A DNA stretch of 64,000 nucleotides from Eledone cirrhosa (GCA_964016885.1 OZ024741.1:227602001-227666000), one strand, 5' to 3'; shown: positions 28,270-42,500, counted from the stretch's first letter. Made by a program: numbers and translations. The notes: generated by a model from the letters alone, not told the origin.

Positions 28270-29420
28270 GGCCTGGCTCATACACAAAAAATTAGAATAC
28301 ACAGCAAACCCCCAATTTTTCATATCAAAGTCGGCTTGGCGCCAGTAATTGGAATTGAAAGGTTACACATACATGCAGGTATTGAATTCCAAAAATTCAA
28401 CCATCCCCATTTTATGTCCTATTTCCACACTGGCATGTGTTGGACAGGTTGTCACAGTCCGAGACCAGAAATATCGGAGTGACCTCATCTTGCTCATACA
28501 TTACATATTTGGCATGGTTTCTTTGGCTGGATGACCTTCATAACATAACCATTTTAGAATCTTTACTGGGTGCATTGTTTCTACAATATCAGCACAGCCA
28601 TTCTACACTGTTGACTTGGTACATTCTACCAAGGCACCAACACTAACAATTTACAGGATGTATTAAAGAGGTCATCACATGCTCTGCCAGATTAAAGCGT
28701 TCCCTTAAACAAAATATTGTCCCCATTAGATTGCCAAATCTCTCACCACACTTACCTTTAGCGTCTCACTGCTTCTACTAATGATCATGTCTATTGTGTG
28801 ATGGCATATCATCAATTTGCTTTGCCCTGTGTCATCTCCTTTGTCTGGATCAGTTTTTATATGTCATTCTTTACAACGTATTTTTTATTAGACTATTTTG
28901 GTGACAACAATCTAATGTCTCTAAAGTTAAGAAAATTTTATGAATTTTGGCACAGTGAGGACATTAAATATCTTATGTTTAAAATATAGTTCTCGTTGTC
29001 AAAGGGATAAAACTAAAAATCCCAGAATGGCCTGCACTACTCACTAAACTCCCAATCCTTAGACAAAACAACACTAAAGTTTCAAAAACCACAATAACCT
29101 AAACATATAACTTAACTCTACTAAGGATGGTAAACGTATGCAGAATAAAAAACCACATCCTCAATTTGGTATACCACGAATTCAGTACTATATGAATACG
29201 CTCAGTGGATCACTTTTTTTACTTATAGCTATACTTCCTTTCCACAATGTATACACACAGTCCCAGCGTATATGCAAATGACATACCACTCTTATCCTCT
29301 CCAGCATTCTTTGAAGGCAGCTGCATAACAACACGCACCTAGTGTGATTCACCTAAAAACTCTGCTTCCAAATCGCATACTTACGTAAGCAACCGCTAAA
29401 TTCAGTCTCCCATCTTATCG
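28270..29420 (-). mobile_element. Possible highly decayed LTR-retrotransposon pol (integrase-like) relic
   Basis: Only faint peptide resemblance on the minus strand; no intact motif. Confidence 0.2.
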
Positions 29421-29477
29421 CAACAAGAGAACATCAAATACAATTAACTATCACATTCAACGACATAAAAATAAATC

Positions 29478-29611
<134 letters not shown>

Positions 29612-29967
29612 TAGATGAAAATACTATGAGTTGCATAACTCTTCTTTACAAAATTCACAACACATGAGATATAGCAAAGAAAGTAAAGCGGTTCACGAAT
29701 ATACTTAGAGTACTAACAGGTATCGCATCTGGCTAACAGAATAAAAGATCAGAGGTGACAAAAAATACATTGAATCTATCAATAAATATTCTGTCCGCCG
29801 AGACCGTGGGGCGGCCAGCTCGTGGACACATTTTTGCTCATAGTAGTAAGAGTTGAGGAGAGCGGGAGAGACGGAGGCAATGACAGTGGGAGTTTGGTTC
29901 CTTTGTGTTTGGACCTGGTGTATATGTATATATTCATTTACTGCACCACAAACACATTCATTCTTAG

Positions 29968-30147
29968 AATTGGCAGTATCGGTAGAGGGTCGGACGCCAT
30001 GCTTTCCAGCATAGTTACGTCCCTTTACGATCTGAGTTCAAATCCCGCCGAGGTTGACTTTGCCTTTCATCCTTACGGGGTCGATAAAATAAAGTACCAG
30101 TAATGCACTGGGTAATTGCTGGCCTTGTGCCTAAAGTAGAAACAATT
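29968..30147 (+). mobile_element. SINE family A (short subfamily)
   Basis: Near-identical to 58271-58457. Confidence 0.9.
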
Positions 30148-31164
30148 CTTAGTAAAAGGATAGTTGATTTGTGACTGATTGATAACAGCTTCCCCTAGTT
30201 ATAACAGTTATATATGTACATATAGTGAATCTAAGTCATGACAGAACACATCCCACAGTTAACCCTGTTATTATGTATTACTCTATTGTAAAAAACTAGG
30301 TTTCTCATTTAGTCAAGAAGGCAAATATAAAACACATGCACCCAGAATTAGCTGTAGCACCAATAGTTACACTGGATGTAAAAAAAAAAATTATAAATAG
30401 AATATAAAAGGAATTTCGTCAGTTTCGACGATGAATATTCCAGTTGTTCCGTCAACTGAATGGCCTACTCATTAAATCAATGTATAAGTGACGGAGTATT
30501 CTACAAATGCGGGTATCCTTAACACAAATTTTGGAGGGATTCTGCATAACAGAATGAGTGACTAGGCTGCACCTTCGAAATACAAGTACACTTCACCCAA
30601 CGGGTTTCCATCTACATAACTTCACACACAAAGCTTAGGTCAATTCAAGGCCATGGCAAATGATATGTGCCCAAAATGCCACGCTTTGAGACCGAAAAAT
30701 TGTGAAGCACACTTCTTAATTGCTCTGTCATGCTGAGTCCATACTGTACATATATATCACAGACAGTAAGTATAGAATACCAGTTAATGTTGCTCATTTA
30801 TGGAATTCACCTTGCCTACCTCCACCATGATCACCCACAGAATCTACAGACATACAGACGAGATAACAGCGACGCGTAGCCCTTTCTACTAGACTTCATA
30901 AATACAATAGATAGTAGAGAGAATACATTACACCTCATATAAGTGACCCCTGAATAATAAGAGTGATAAGTTTGATTTTCTTTTGAACTGGAGTTTTAGA
31001 CTAACAGAAACAAAAGATTCGGTTGTTTTCTTTTCTAGCAAATCGACTAGGTTGTGGAAATATATATTCTCAGGTCCCAAATCAGCGGGGTGGGGGTGGA
31101 TCAGTAATTTTTCTAGGTTGCCTCCCTTGATTAAAAAACCCCCAGAATTAGTCGATTAGTTTAC

Positions 31165-31400
31165 ATATGGCCATCGTCCGTTGGAATGCTTTTGCCGTCT
31201 TGTCCACGGGGCGCAGCACTCCTTCCCCCTTACCCTAGGCCCAAAGACCAATCACCCCCCGCCTCACCACCTCTCTTATGCGACACCAGAGCTCTTGCCA
31301 TCCCCTCCCCGTCCTGCTCTTTTCCTTCTTTCTTTCTCTCTTTTTTTTTCTTTTCTCTATTTCCCTATTCTTTCTTTCCTTGTGTTTCCCTTTTTTTGAA
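31165..31400 (+). mobile_element. 3' end fragment of a CRE-like non-LTR element
   Basis: AIVRWNAFAVL is similar to 63780-63930 (AIFSGNAFAAL). Confidence 0.55.
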
Positions 31401-31724
31401 TTTTTTCTTACTAAATAAGGTTTGCTTCTTTTGCATTCATTTGATTAAAATCATTTGTATTGATTAATTTACATATTGAGACCCCATCCTATCCTATTTA
31501 TTGTAACGTATGGAATTTCTGATAAAGTGCTTTTTTGTTATGTATAATGATTTTTGCTTTAATATCTAAAGAAAATTAATTATTTCGGTAGAAACAGATT
31601 AACAAAATTTAATAAGCAGATGAGTTGGAATAACAGCGGTGGATTGGAAAAAAATCCGAACAATTGATAAGCGTGTCGGGAGACGATTATTGAAGACCCG
31701 AGAGTGGGTTATAAAAATTAGTTA

Positions 31725-32580
31725 ATATATTAACGGCTGAGCAGCCTAATTTGCATATCGAGTGAGCCGTTAAAATGCATAAGGAAAGTATATACTTTCA
31801 GACGTTCAACCACCTGGCAGGAAGGTATACGTTGATGACGATAGCTAATAAGCTTGAAACTAGTTCAGCGTTCCTTTGTCAGTGTTGAACAAATGAGCAA
31901 CGATGGTTGCTAGACACTGTACGGCTTAATTCGGGATGTTTGTTTACAAACACACCGAGCATTATAATAAATGTTCGGTGAATCCATACGTACATATATA
32001 TATATAAATGTGTACATGTATGTATATATATATACATACTACTGTACGTCTATATACATATATGTATGTACGTATACATACTTATAATTAAGTCACAGCC
32101 GTACTAAGAGTGAGAAATGAAATTTCGTTTCATTTTTTCCGTTTATCGTTTTCGGTACCCCGGCCGATTAACTCACTCGATATGCAAATTAGGCTGCTCA
32201 GCCGTTAATATGAATAAGGAAAGAATATACTTTCAGACGTTCAACCATCTGGCAGGAAGGTATACGTTGCTGACGATAGCTAATAAGCTTGAAACTGGTA
32301 CAGCGTTCCTTTGTCAGTGTTGAACAAATGAGCAACGATGGTTGCTAGATACTGTACGGCTTAATTCGGGATGTTTGTTTACAAACACACCGAGTATTAT
32401 AATAAATGTTCGGTGAATCCATACGTACATATATATATATGTGTGCATGTATGTATATATATATACATACTACTGTACGTCTGTATACATATATGTATGT
32501 ACGTATACATACTTATATTTAAGTAACAGCCGTACTAAGAGAGAGAAATGAAATTTCGTTTCATTTTTTTCCGTAAAAAC
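31725..32580 (+). mobile_element. Tandem ~435 bp HHR-containing non-coding units (retrozyme/pLTR-like); related partial copy at 62540-62780
   Basis: 31765-32142 repeats at 32200-32575; each unit has an HHR; short 5' inversion at 31728-31766. Confidence 0.8.
32265..32305 (+). ncRNA. Type I minimal hammerhead ribozyme (mutated twin at 31830-31870)
   Basis: cgttg-CTGACGA-tagc(taataa)gctt-GAAA-ctgg-TA-cagcg; stem I pairs fully. Confidence 0.85.
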
Positions 32581-32779
32581 ACAAGTCTTTAGTTAAAAAT
32601 ACTCTCTTACTTCAAGCTCAAGAAAACTTCATACTAATTAAACCAACAGTGGGCCTTTGTGTAAGTAATGGTTCATTTTTAAAAATTTCAATACGTACCT
32701 GTATACATAGACATAAACACACACACACACACGCACACACACACACATATATATATACGTACATATATACATACAATAA

Positions 32780-32810
<31 letters not shown>

Positions 32811-32852
32811 CGATATTAACAAATGGAAACTATATTTATAAAACCATATTTA

Positions 32853-32912
32853 ATTTTATTATACATATTTCAAGGATACCAAGTTAAATTATGGTATGCC
32901 TTCATCAGTGCT
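32853..32912 (-). ncRNA. HHR motif in terminal fragment 32810-32970 (related to 47140-47250)
   Basis: CTGATGA-aggcatacca..tggtatcctt-GAAA-tatgtata; stem I is poorly paired. Confidence 0.6.
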
Positions 32913-32969
32913 TTATATCAGTTATAAAAATATTTGCTTGTTGTATCCCAACAATTTAAATAGAACTTT

Positions 32970-32999
<30 letters not shown>

Positions 33000-33004
<5 letters not shown>

Positions 33005-36000
33005 TAAAATAACAGATTAAAGTTTAAGCAAAGAATCGTTGCTTTCACCCTTAACGGGATCTTCTGAAACTAATAAAGTCAATCTGTAAACGCAGAAGTG
33101 GATATTTCAAAAAACGTTGAAACCTGAGGAAGACAGGAAGACGATACTTTGGTTCGTGGAAACGTTCCCTGGCAAAGAACGGGAAAAAACGAATATAATA
33201 CGCCATTAATAGGAGCGGTGAAAAACAATTACGCGCAAAGACAGAACCACGTTTATGGTATAAAAGAAGTCGTAGACTAATGTTCTCTTAGGTGGTTCAT
33301 AGAGACGTTCTCTGGCAATGAACAAAAAAACGAAGATAATACGTCATATGTGGAGCGTGGAGGACAATTGCACGCAAAGACAAAACCACGTAAATGGTAT
33401 AGCTGAAGTAGACTAAAATTCTAACTAGGAAACCGAATGAATCTCCGATTCAGAGTTAAGAATAAAGTAAAAAATGCAATAGAGAGGTAATAGAAATTAA
33501 ATAAATACATACACGCATGCAAAACCGTACATACACAAGCATACGCAAAAACACTTGCCATAGGTATACAAAACCACGCACATATAAATATGTGTGTTTG
33601 TGTATACAAATAAATAAATAATTAAATAAACGTATATAAATAAATAAATACGTACATAACAAGCGCACACACATACCTACATGTAAATACACAAATGTTC
33701 GGAGACGTACGTCAACCAAAACATGACTACACATATACACACACGCTACATACGTACGAACCTGCATACTCACACAGACGCAAAACTCCCGTATACACAT
33801 AACCAAACCATATGTACCAGAAATAAAATTATACGCCATAACATATACAATCAAATATACGTACGAGAAAGTATACGTACTTTCACAAAACATGCAGGTA
33901 ATATATACTTACCTAAGCGAATAAGTAATGGTATAAAAAAAACATATACTTAGCTACCACATCAACACGTAAATTATCCACGTATAGATCGTACTATCCG
34001 TTAGGGTATAACGTGGGGCTGTAATACAGGAAAGTTTTGTGCAATTTATGTTTACAAGCCGAAATTGCCTCAGATTTTTTGTTTAAGATGTGGTCTGTGG
34101 CGTAGAGTATTTCCAGGGCCTCAGCGGCGCAGAGGTCACGTGGTCTTTTATTTCCGTTATACGATCTAGCCCTAGCTAGGATATCCCAGTGTAACTTATA
34201 TTGGGGTGGTTATCTTTTAGACTCCAGATATAAGCTGAGAGTGACGTCATATTCCTTCTTAGAGGGTAACGAAAAGAATGGGTATGCATGTAAAGACGCT
34301 GCTTGAATCTATTGGCGGTTAACCCTTTGTAGGCCCTACATAGGGTTTCAACCTTACATTTGTAGACAATGTTACTAGAGAGGCATTTCCCGGATAGGGG
34401 GCAATCAACCCGATTCCTACAATTACAGTTAGTACTACCTACAGGGTTGCACGTGTTCCTACGGCTAGGTAGTTTAGCTAAATTTGAAGCTGTGATGTTA
34501 TGTGCAAGGTTAAGAGTCGTAGAGTAAGAAATTTTAATAGTATTTCTATTAAAAATGTTACTATATTTATGTGTAGGGGGAAAATGCTTCGTAATAAGGG
34601 AAAGAAAGATCTTAGCTAATGGTGTGGCCACCTCCATATTATATGGTGGGTTTTACCAACAAATGCGCCCGGATCTATTTCTTCTAGGTCTATTTTCGTA
34701 CTCTGTATATGCTACCTTATCGACAAATCCACTCCGAGCAAGAGCTTCATTGTAATAAGTGGAATGGTCGTTGAAAATATGCTCGTTAGTAGATAGACGG
34801 GAAAGCCTCAACGAAACATTTCTTACCAGGTTCTTGGTTATGCTGGCAGGATGGTTGGAATGCTTACTTATGTAATTAAGCGTATCATTCGGCTTTCTAT
34901 ACGGGTAATACAACCTATTCGATAAATTGAGGGTAACGTCGAGGTAATTAACGACCGAGAGATTGGCCTCAACCTGTATAGAGAGGTTGAAGCCTTTAAA
35001 GAGGGCTGTGAGTTCTTTTCTGAACTTGTCGCAAGCACGAGGCGAGGGTCTGCACTTAGTCATGGTCAAAAGACCATCATCACGGTACAAGTCACCGCCC
35101 GCGTTGGGGAATTCATCCTTCATAGAGAAAAGAAGGAAAAGGCCGATAAGATCAGTAACCTCCGCAGAATCGCTGGCGCCCATACTCACGTCGAATGGGG
35201 TACTATTGGATTTTTTAATCCAAATAGAGTCGTCGAAATTAATCACCGACTTACGGGCATTGAGGATGACATGAACTTCGAAATCCTTAACCACTGTGAG
35301 TGTTTTAGCGAAATTGATAGCTCTAAGGAGAAGTGGTAAAGTGATGGAGGAGTAGTAATTGTTGATGTCGAATTGGATAAAATGGCAATGTTCCTTGTTG
35401 CATATGCCGTTGAACTAATCAATCACCGCGAAAGAATTGTTCCACAGTGCAAGAGGGACCAAACTTCTAATTTTAGGTATAATTCTATCAAGAATCCTTT
35501 TACTAAGTCTACCTAAATCGGACTTCGCAGGGTTAATAAGCCAAATAGAGGGGTTGTTCGGAAAATTGGATTTGTGATCCTTCAGGGTAAAGTGGGGAGA
35601 AATAGGGTCCAGAGGTTCGGTCCGGTCCAGGATGTTGAGATCAGAGGTGATTTTAAATCCAGCTTCGTTGATTTCATTGATGACGCACCGATTAGTTTTA
35701 CAGTAATCCTTAGTTACAGAATTATGTAGTAGTTGATGGTAAGTACTGCGATCCACTTGATATAAGTTGCCAGTTTTGTCGGAATGGACGTGCACGGCAT
35801 TAGAATCCTTAATAGAACGAATTCTATTCTTCAGGTCCTGCTGGAAGGAATTGCTCCTATTCCGAAATGTGATACTCCGTATGAGTTTCAAGACATCATT
35901 TTCGAAGGGTAGCAATGCTGGGTTACACGGGGGTTATTATAGGTTTTAAACCCAAATTTATCCGTTTTGTTGTCTGCTTTTCGCGGATTATCGAAATAAA

Positions 36001-36447
36001 AGGCACGCCAACGCAGCCTTTTAATGAACGCGTCTGTTTTCTGTATCAGGAGTTTTAGGTATGTATTCCTGCTTGGTACGGGTATGTTCTTTGTAGAAAT
36101 ATTCAGATGTTGTTTCTGCATGATGAATATAAGTCAATAGAGTGCTCAACCGAGGGAGCCAAATAGTAATAATAATAAATTTGAAGACTAAAATCCAAAG
36201 ACGGCTCGATAAGGATAAATATATATCAAATATATAAGAACCGTTGAGCAAATATTTATTAAAATAACAGATTAAAGTTTAAGCAAAGAATCGCTGCTTT
36301 CACCCTTAACGGGATCTTCTGAAACTAACAAAGTCAATCTGTAAACGCAGAAGTGGATATTTAAAAAAACGTTGCAACCGGAGGAAGACAGGAAGACGAT
36401 ACTTTGGTTCGTGGAAACGTTCCCTGGCAAAGAACGGCAAAAAACGA
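33000..36447 (-). mobile_element. Near full-length Naiad-type Penelope-like element with pLTRs at ~33000-33420 and ~36165-36447
   Basis: Direct terminal repeats flank an RT-EN ORF; 3' end abuts (TA)n. Confidence 0.92.
33994..36121 (-). pseudogene. Naiad-type RT/GIY-YIG ORF with about two frameshifts and two stops (TAG 35415, TAA 34653)
   Basis: STKNIPVPS, IKRLRWRA, FGFKT, SDKTGNLY, LKDHK, INPAKSDLG, FDINNYYSSI, FDVSMGASDSAEV, LYRDDGL, YLDVTL, PYRKPND, SNHP, CNCR..CPLSGKC, IVYKC, FKQR. Confidence 0.93.
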
Positions 36448-38540
36448 TCAACCTCTCTATACAGGTTGAGGCCAATCTCTCGGTCGTTAATTACCTCGAC
36501 GTTACCCTCAATTTATCGAATGGGTTGTATTACCCGTATAGAAAGCCGAATGATACGCTTAATTACATAAGTAAGCATTCCAACCATCCTGCCAGCATAA
36601 CCAAGAACCTGGTAAGAAATGTTTCGTTGAGGCTTTCCCGTCTATCTACTAATGAGCATATTTTCAACGACTATTCCACTTATTACAATGAAGCCCTTGC
36701 TCGGAGTGGATTTGTCGATAAGGTAGCATATACAGAGTACGAAAATAGACCTAGAAGAAATAGATCCCGTCGCATTTGTTGGTATAACCCACCATATAAT
36801 ATGGAGGTGGCCACACTATTAGCTAAGATCTTTCTTTCCCTTATTACGAAGCATTTCCCCCCTACACATAAACATAGTAAAATTTTTAATAGAAATACTA
36901 TTAACATTTCTTACTCTATGACTCCTAACCTTGCACATAACATCACAGCTTCAAATTTAGCTAAACTACCTAGCCGTAGGAACACGTGCAACCCTGTAGG
37001 TAGTACTAACTGTAATTGTAGGAAACGGGTTGATTGCCCCTATCCGGGAAATGCCTCTCTAGTAACATTGTCTATAAATGTAAGGTTGAAACCCTATGTA
37101 GGGCCTACATAGGGTTAACCGCCAATAGATTCAAGCAGCGTCTTTACATGCATACCCATTCTTTTCGTTACCCTCTAAGAAGGAATATGACGTCACTCTC
37201 AGCTTATATCTGGAGTCTAAAAGATAACCACACCCAATATAAGTTACACTGGGATATCCTAGCTAGGGCTAGATCGTATAACGGAAATAAAAGACCACAT
37301 GACCTCTGCGCCGCTGAGGCCCTGGAAATACTCTACGCCACAGACCACACCTTAAACAAAAAATCTGAGGCAATTTCGGCTTGTAAACATAAATTGCACA
37401 AAACTTTCCTGTATTACAGCCCCACGTTATACCCTAACGGATAGTACGATCTATACGTGGATAATTTACGTGTTGATGTGGTAGCTAAGTATATGTTTTT
37501 TTATACCATTACTTATTCGCTTAGGTAAGTATATATTACCTGCATGTTTTGTGAAAGTACGTATACTTTCTCGTACGTATATTTGATTGTATATGTTATG
37601 GCGTATAATTTTATTTCTGGTACATATGTTTTGGTTATGTGTATACGGGAGTTTTGCGTCTGTGTGAGTATGCAGGTTCGTACGTATGTAGCGTGTGTGT
37701 ATATGTGTAGTCATGTTTTGGTTGACGTACGTCTCCGAACATTTGTGTATTTACATGTAGGTATGTGTGTGCGCTTGTTATGTACGTATTTATTTATTTA
37801 TTTATATACGTTTATTTAATTATTTATTTATTTGTATACACACACACACACACACACACATTATTTATATGTGCGTGATTTTGTATACCTATGGCAAGTG
37901 TTTTCGTGTATGCTTGTGTATGTACGGTTTTGCATGCGTGTATGTATTTATTTAATTTCTATTACCTTTCTATTGTATTTTTACTTTATTCTTAACTCTG
38001 AAGCGGAGATTCATTCGGTTTCCTAGTTAGAATTTTAGTCTACGACTTCAGCTATACCATTTACGTGGTTTTGTCTTTGCGTGCAATTGTCCTCCACGCT
38101 CCACATATGACGTATTATCTTCGTTTTTTCCGTTCATTGCCGGAGAACGTCTCTATGAACCACCTAAGAGAACATTAGTCTACGACTTCTTTTATACCAT
38201 AAACGTGGTTCTGTCTTTGCGTGTAATTGTTTTTCACCGCTCCTATTAATGGCGTATTATATTCGTTTTTTCCCGTTCTTTGCCAGGGAACGTTTCCACG
38301 AACCAAAGTATCGTCTTCCTGTCTTCCTCCGGTTGCAACGTTTTTTAAATATCCACTTCTGCGTTTACAGATTGACTTTGTTAGTTTTAGAAGATTCCGT
38401 TAAGGGTGAAAGCAGCGATTCTTTGCTTAAACTTTAATCTGTTATTTTAATAAATATTTGCTCTACGGTTCTTATATATTTGATATATATTTAGCCTTAT
38501 CGAGCCCTCTTTGGATTTTAGTCTTTCAATTTATTATTAT

Positions 38541-38545
<5 letters not shown>
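36448..38545 (+). mobile_element. Inverted 5'-truncated copy of the same Naiad element (RT C-terminus, GIY-YIG, 3' UTR, full pLTR with ~140 bp subrepeats)
   Basis: Reverse complement of 33000-34990; RAYIGLT intact; ends at (TA)n. Confidence 0.93.
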
Positions 38546-38604
<59 letters not shown>

Positions 38605-38608
<4 letters not shown>

Positions 38609-39420
38609 CGTTTTTGTATTTGTTTCGCAAGATTTTTATCTGAAAACTTGTGTTGAAACAGATATTGTTATATATTGGGGGAGTCATACTACCAATAAAA
38701 AGACATGCACCTGTTGGGTTTCGCTTTAATTTATTATTATATATAGTTCCTCAGTCGGTTAGTTTAACGACCGGATGGTTGTTTATTTGTTAATTGTCAA
38801 ACCTCTTTCGTCACACATTCTGTGACCTCTTCAGTGACTACTTTTGTTGTAATTTTCTGTAGTGTAGCTTGTTATGTACACACTCCCATATAACCTTCTA
38901 TAATCCTGTTACTCCTAGAATATTCAAAAATTGAGTTAAGAATATTAGCAAGTGGATCTCTAGCCTCTCTTCTAACTAAACCATTGTCGATAGGACAGTC
39001 TCATACAGACTGAAGTTTGTCCATTGAGTCAATATCACGAAAAGGAATTGCGGCAATACGTTGGTATGTCAGAGAGCTGGTTTAAATCGCTTCCTTAATC
39101 ACGAAACGACTTTCAAATTCCTAAATAAAAGAAACACCACAAAATTGGTAAATAGAATATGGCAACTCAAATACAAGAACATGGACTTCGTCAAAGTACT
39201 GGAAAATTCTCGACCATATTTAAATAGGCTCTTTGCCTGCAGATTATGCAATGACGAGAAATGGTGGATATTGAATACTCTTCACAACAATATCAAACTG
39301 CTTAACACATGTACAGAGTTCACACAGCGATATTCACACGTTTCTAGGTGCTTTCTAAACAACTGGCCTCGTTAATATTGTTTTACATCGATTTCTTTCT
39401 AGTACCCTCATAATTATTAA
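38605..39420 (+). mobile_element. Old Naiad-type remnant (pLTR-like part plus GIY-YIG C-terminus)
   Basis: NTTKLVNRIWQLK..ACRLCNDEKWWIL..LLN; 38605-38840 is similar to 2377-2550 and 62370-62540. Confidence 0.65.
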
Positions 39421-39484
39421 CTGATTTTATGTTTGTTCAAATCATTTCAGTACTTGGGGACTATTCCCCCAATGACCCTTCCAG

Positions 39485-39582
39485 GAAGAAGAAGAAGAAG
39501 AAGAAGAAGAAGAAGAAGAAGAAGAAGAAGAAGAAGAAGAAGAAGAAGAAGAAGAAGAAGAAGAAGAAGAAGAAGAAGAAGA
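39485..39582. repeat. Pure (GAA)n tract, about 32 units
   Basis: Direct reading. Confidence 0.97.
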
Positions 39583-42500
39583 CAAGCATGGGTCCCGATC
39601 GGAAAGTCTTCCTAAAAAGAGTAGCTAGTTGATTTTCGTCGACGCCCAGACTCTCCCCAAGAACGTCGTCGTTTCGTTTTTATCCGCCAAGGTGGACGTC
39701 GTTTCGTTTTGAACGCCAAGGTGGACGGAGTTTCCACCGATCTTTCTACCCAGCTGGCTGAGGGATGTGAGCGCTTGAAGACATTTCTGCTTCCAAGCGC
39801 TCCCTCTTGGACCCAGGAGTGCCGCTATGTCAAAGAGACAAGCTGTGGAAATACGACGGGTATGGAGCTGTTAACCTTCCACTGTAGGGTATACAGGTGC
39901 CCCAACTCCTCATCATGTAACTATACCACAAAATATAAAACAGGTTTATGACTACCGGAAAGTAAAACGACGCCATGAAATCTGAGGCAGAAGGAAAAGA
40001 AGCAAAGAAGATAATAAAAGTGCAATCATTGTCACATACTTGCAAAAGAGAGAGGAGCACGTAGTATGGGTGAACAGATGCTTTAGCATTGGAAAAGGTT
40101 TGGATTGTTTGAAATCTGTGCGAACATTTTGATGGGACAGATAACGAAAATTAGTCGGAGTAATTGGCTCATCAATGTTTAATTAGAGGTCGTGGAAGTT
40201 GAAGTTCAAAGAAGGAATGTTAGTGCTGAAGGTATCTTAAATGATGCGAATGTGGAAAGTGGGAAACATAGAAATCACAATGAAAATGAATCAACTGAGG
40301 AAGAATTAGCCTACCAGAATACTGATTAGGGAAAAAATGATGGACTACTAAACGTGGAGAGAATGGAAAATGAAGTGACTGATGATATGGACATTAAAAG
40401 TTTGAATGAAAATGAAGAGAAGGAAAGAAAAAGATTGATTATCAAAAGATTAAAATATCTGTTTAATGATCCTGGATTCAATAAGACACCGCTGAATCTT
40501 CGGAATATAGAGAGAAGTCGTTTAGCTACTGCAAACAGCCAAAGTAAACCAATAGTATCACCGACTTAAGAAAGTTAATTGCGGTGCTGGGTGAGTGAGC
40601 GATTGGGTATTAAGCAAACTGAAAGGAAGAAATGTAAGGAACCCTGGTAGAAGATATGATTGGAGAGGGATATAACGCAGCTCAGAAAAGATCTAGGTAA
40701 ATGGATGCATACCACAGAGGGAAATGGAATAAGGCCAGAGTAGGGGAGAAACGACGCATGGACACTAGGTATAAAATAAAGTTGAAAGGTTTGAATGTAG
40801 TGATGGAAGAAGTGAAGCAGCGAATTAAGGCAAAATCTAATCGGGTTAGGCGTTATACAAATAGGGAAAAATAATAACAGAATAGAATGTTCTCTGCAAA
40901 TCATAATGTTCTTTCGAACATTGTCAGTGGACAATGGTGTAGAAGTTGCATCTAATGCTGAAGAATCCACAACATTTTGATCAAATCTTGAGAATTGCAA
41001 AAGAGCATAACAAAAATGAAATTGAGCATAAAAGTTATCTAATGAACCAAAACAGAGATGGGAAAGAATTTCAAAGGAAGACGTTCAAGAGCAATTTAGG
41101 AAATTGTCAAATTGGAAATCTTCTGGACCGGATGGGATCCAAGGATTCTGGTTGAAAAGATTTTAAAATGTTCATGCAAGCCCAGGGAAGCACCTAAATG
41201 ATTGTGTAGTACAAGAAATTACAAGGTAGATGGTTGAAGGAAAGACAACTTTGATAATGAAGGCTAAAACGAAATGCCCGTTAGTTAGAAATTAAAACGC
41301 TATTACTTGCTTGAATTTGTTTTGGATGCTGTTGACTGGATTCTTTGCTGCAAAAGCGTATGGTCACTTGCTTTAGAATGAGATGCTACCTGTCGAGCAG
41401 AAGGGGTGTAGGAAAATTTCCCATGGAATCAAACACCATCTTGCTGTTGATAATGCGATCATGGATAGCTGCAAAAGATGTCTAAAGAATGTATGCCTGG
41501 CTTGGATAGACTTTAAAAACGCATTTGACATGTGCCCACGTTCATGGGTACTGAAATATTTGAGAATGTTTGAGATAAGAGATTGTGTTATTAATGTAAT
41601 GGAGTCTAGCATGGCTTTGTGGAAGGCAAACCTGTATTCAGGAAATAAACACATAGGTGTGGTCAATACATGGAGAGGAATATTTCAAGGATATTCTTTC
41701 ACACCATTGCTCTTTGTTGTTGCCATGATTCCACTATCAATGGTCTTACAGGATACAGATATTGGCTATCAGATGGAAAATAGAGGATCTAAGATCAATA
41801 ATCTAGTTTTCAAGGATGATCTGAAGCTCTTTGGCAAGAATGAATCTGAGGTTGACTCACTGGTAAAAACTGTTCACTGGTGTTGCGAGGTCATTGCAAT
41901 GGAGTTCGGTATTGCAATGTGAGCCATCCTGTCTCTGAAGGGAGGTATACTTCTACATAGTGGTGGGACTGAGTTATCTGATGGAGAATCAGTTGGTGGC
42001 CCTGGGGATAGTAGGTAAAAACATCTGAGTATTTTAGAGCTTGACAAAGTTCTAAATGAGAAAATTAAAGGAAATGTTAGGAGTGCTACTGAAAATAAAA
42101 TTTATGGTAAGAACTTAATTGTCACTGTCAATGTCTGGGCAGTGCCAGCTATTAGATATAGTACGTCTAGAAGAAATAGAGAAGTTGGATAGGCTAACGC
42201 GTAAGAAAATGGTTGATTATGGTGCATTGCACCCAAAGGCAAATGTCATAAGATTATGTACACCGCAGAGCGTAGGAGGTCGAGGACTTGTAAATGTGTA
42301 AGACTACAAGTCCTTAAGTTCGTACTTGGCGAGTAGTAAAGAAGAACCTGCCAAAAGCAGAGATCTATGCATTGAAAGCATTGAAAGTAAAAAGAAATTA
42401 CAAACAGGGGCTGCTGGCTGAGAAATTGAACACAAGAGAGAATACGGAATTATATGGTCAATTTGAAAGAGAAACAAAGGAAGTAAAAGTAGGATCTTCA

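Noticed and set aside
34653-35417. Selenocysteine read-through, as reported for some Naiad elements
   Set aside because: The in-frame stops are TAG and TAA, not TGA; the inverted copy has TAT at one of them.
36372-37112. 246 aa chimeric ORF across the inversion junction
   Set aside because: Starts at TTG in antisense pLTR sequence; a by-product of the inversion.
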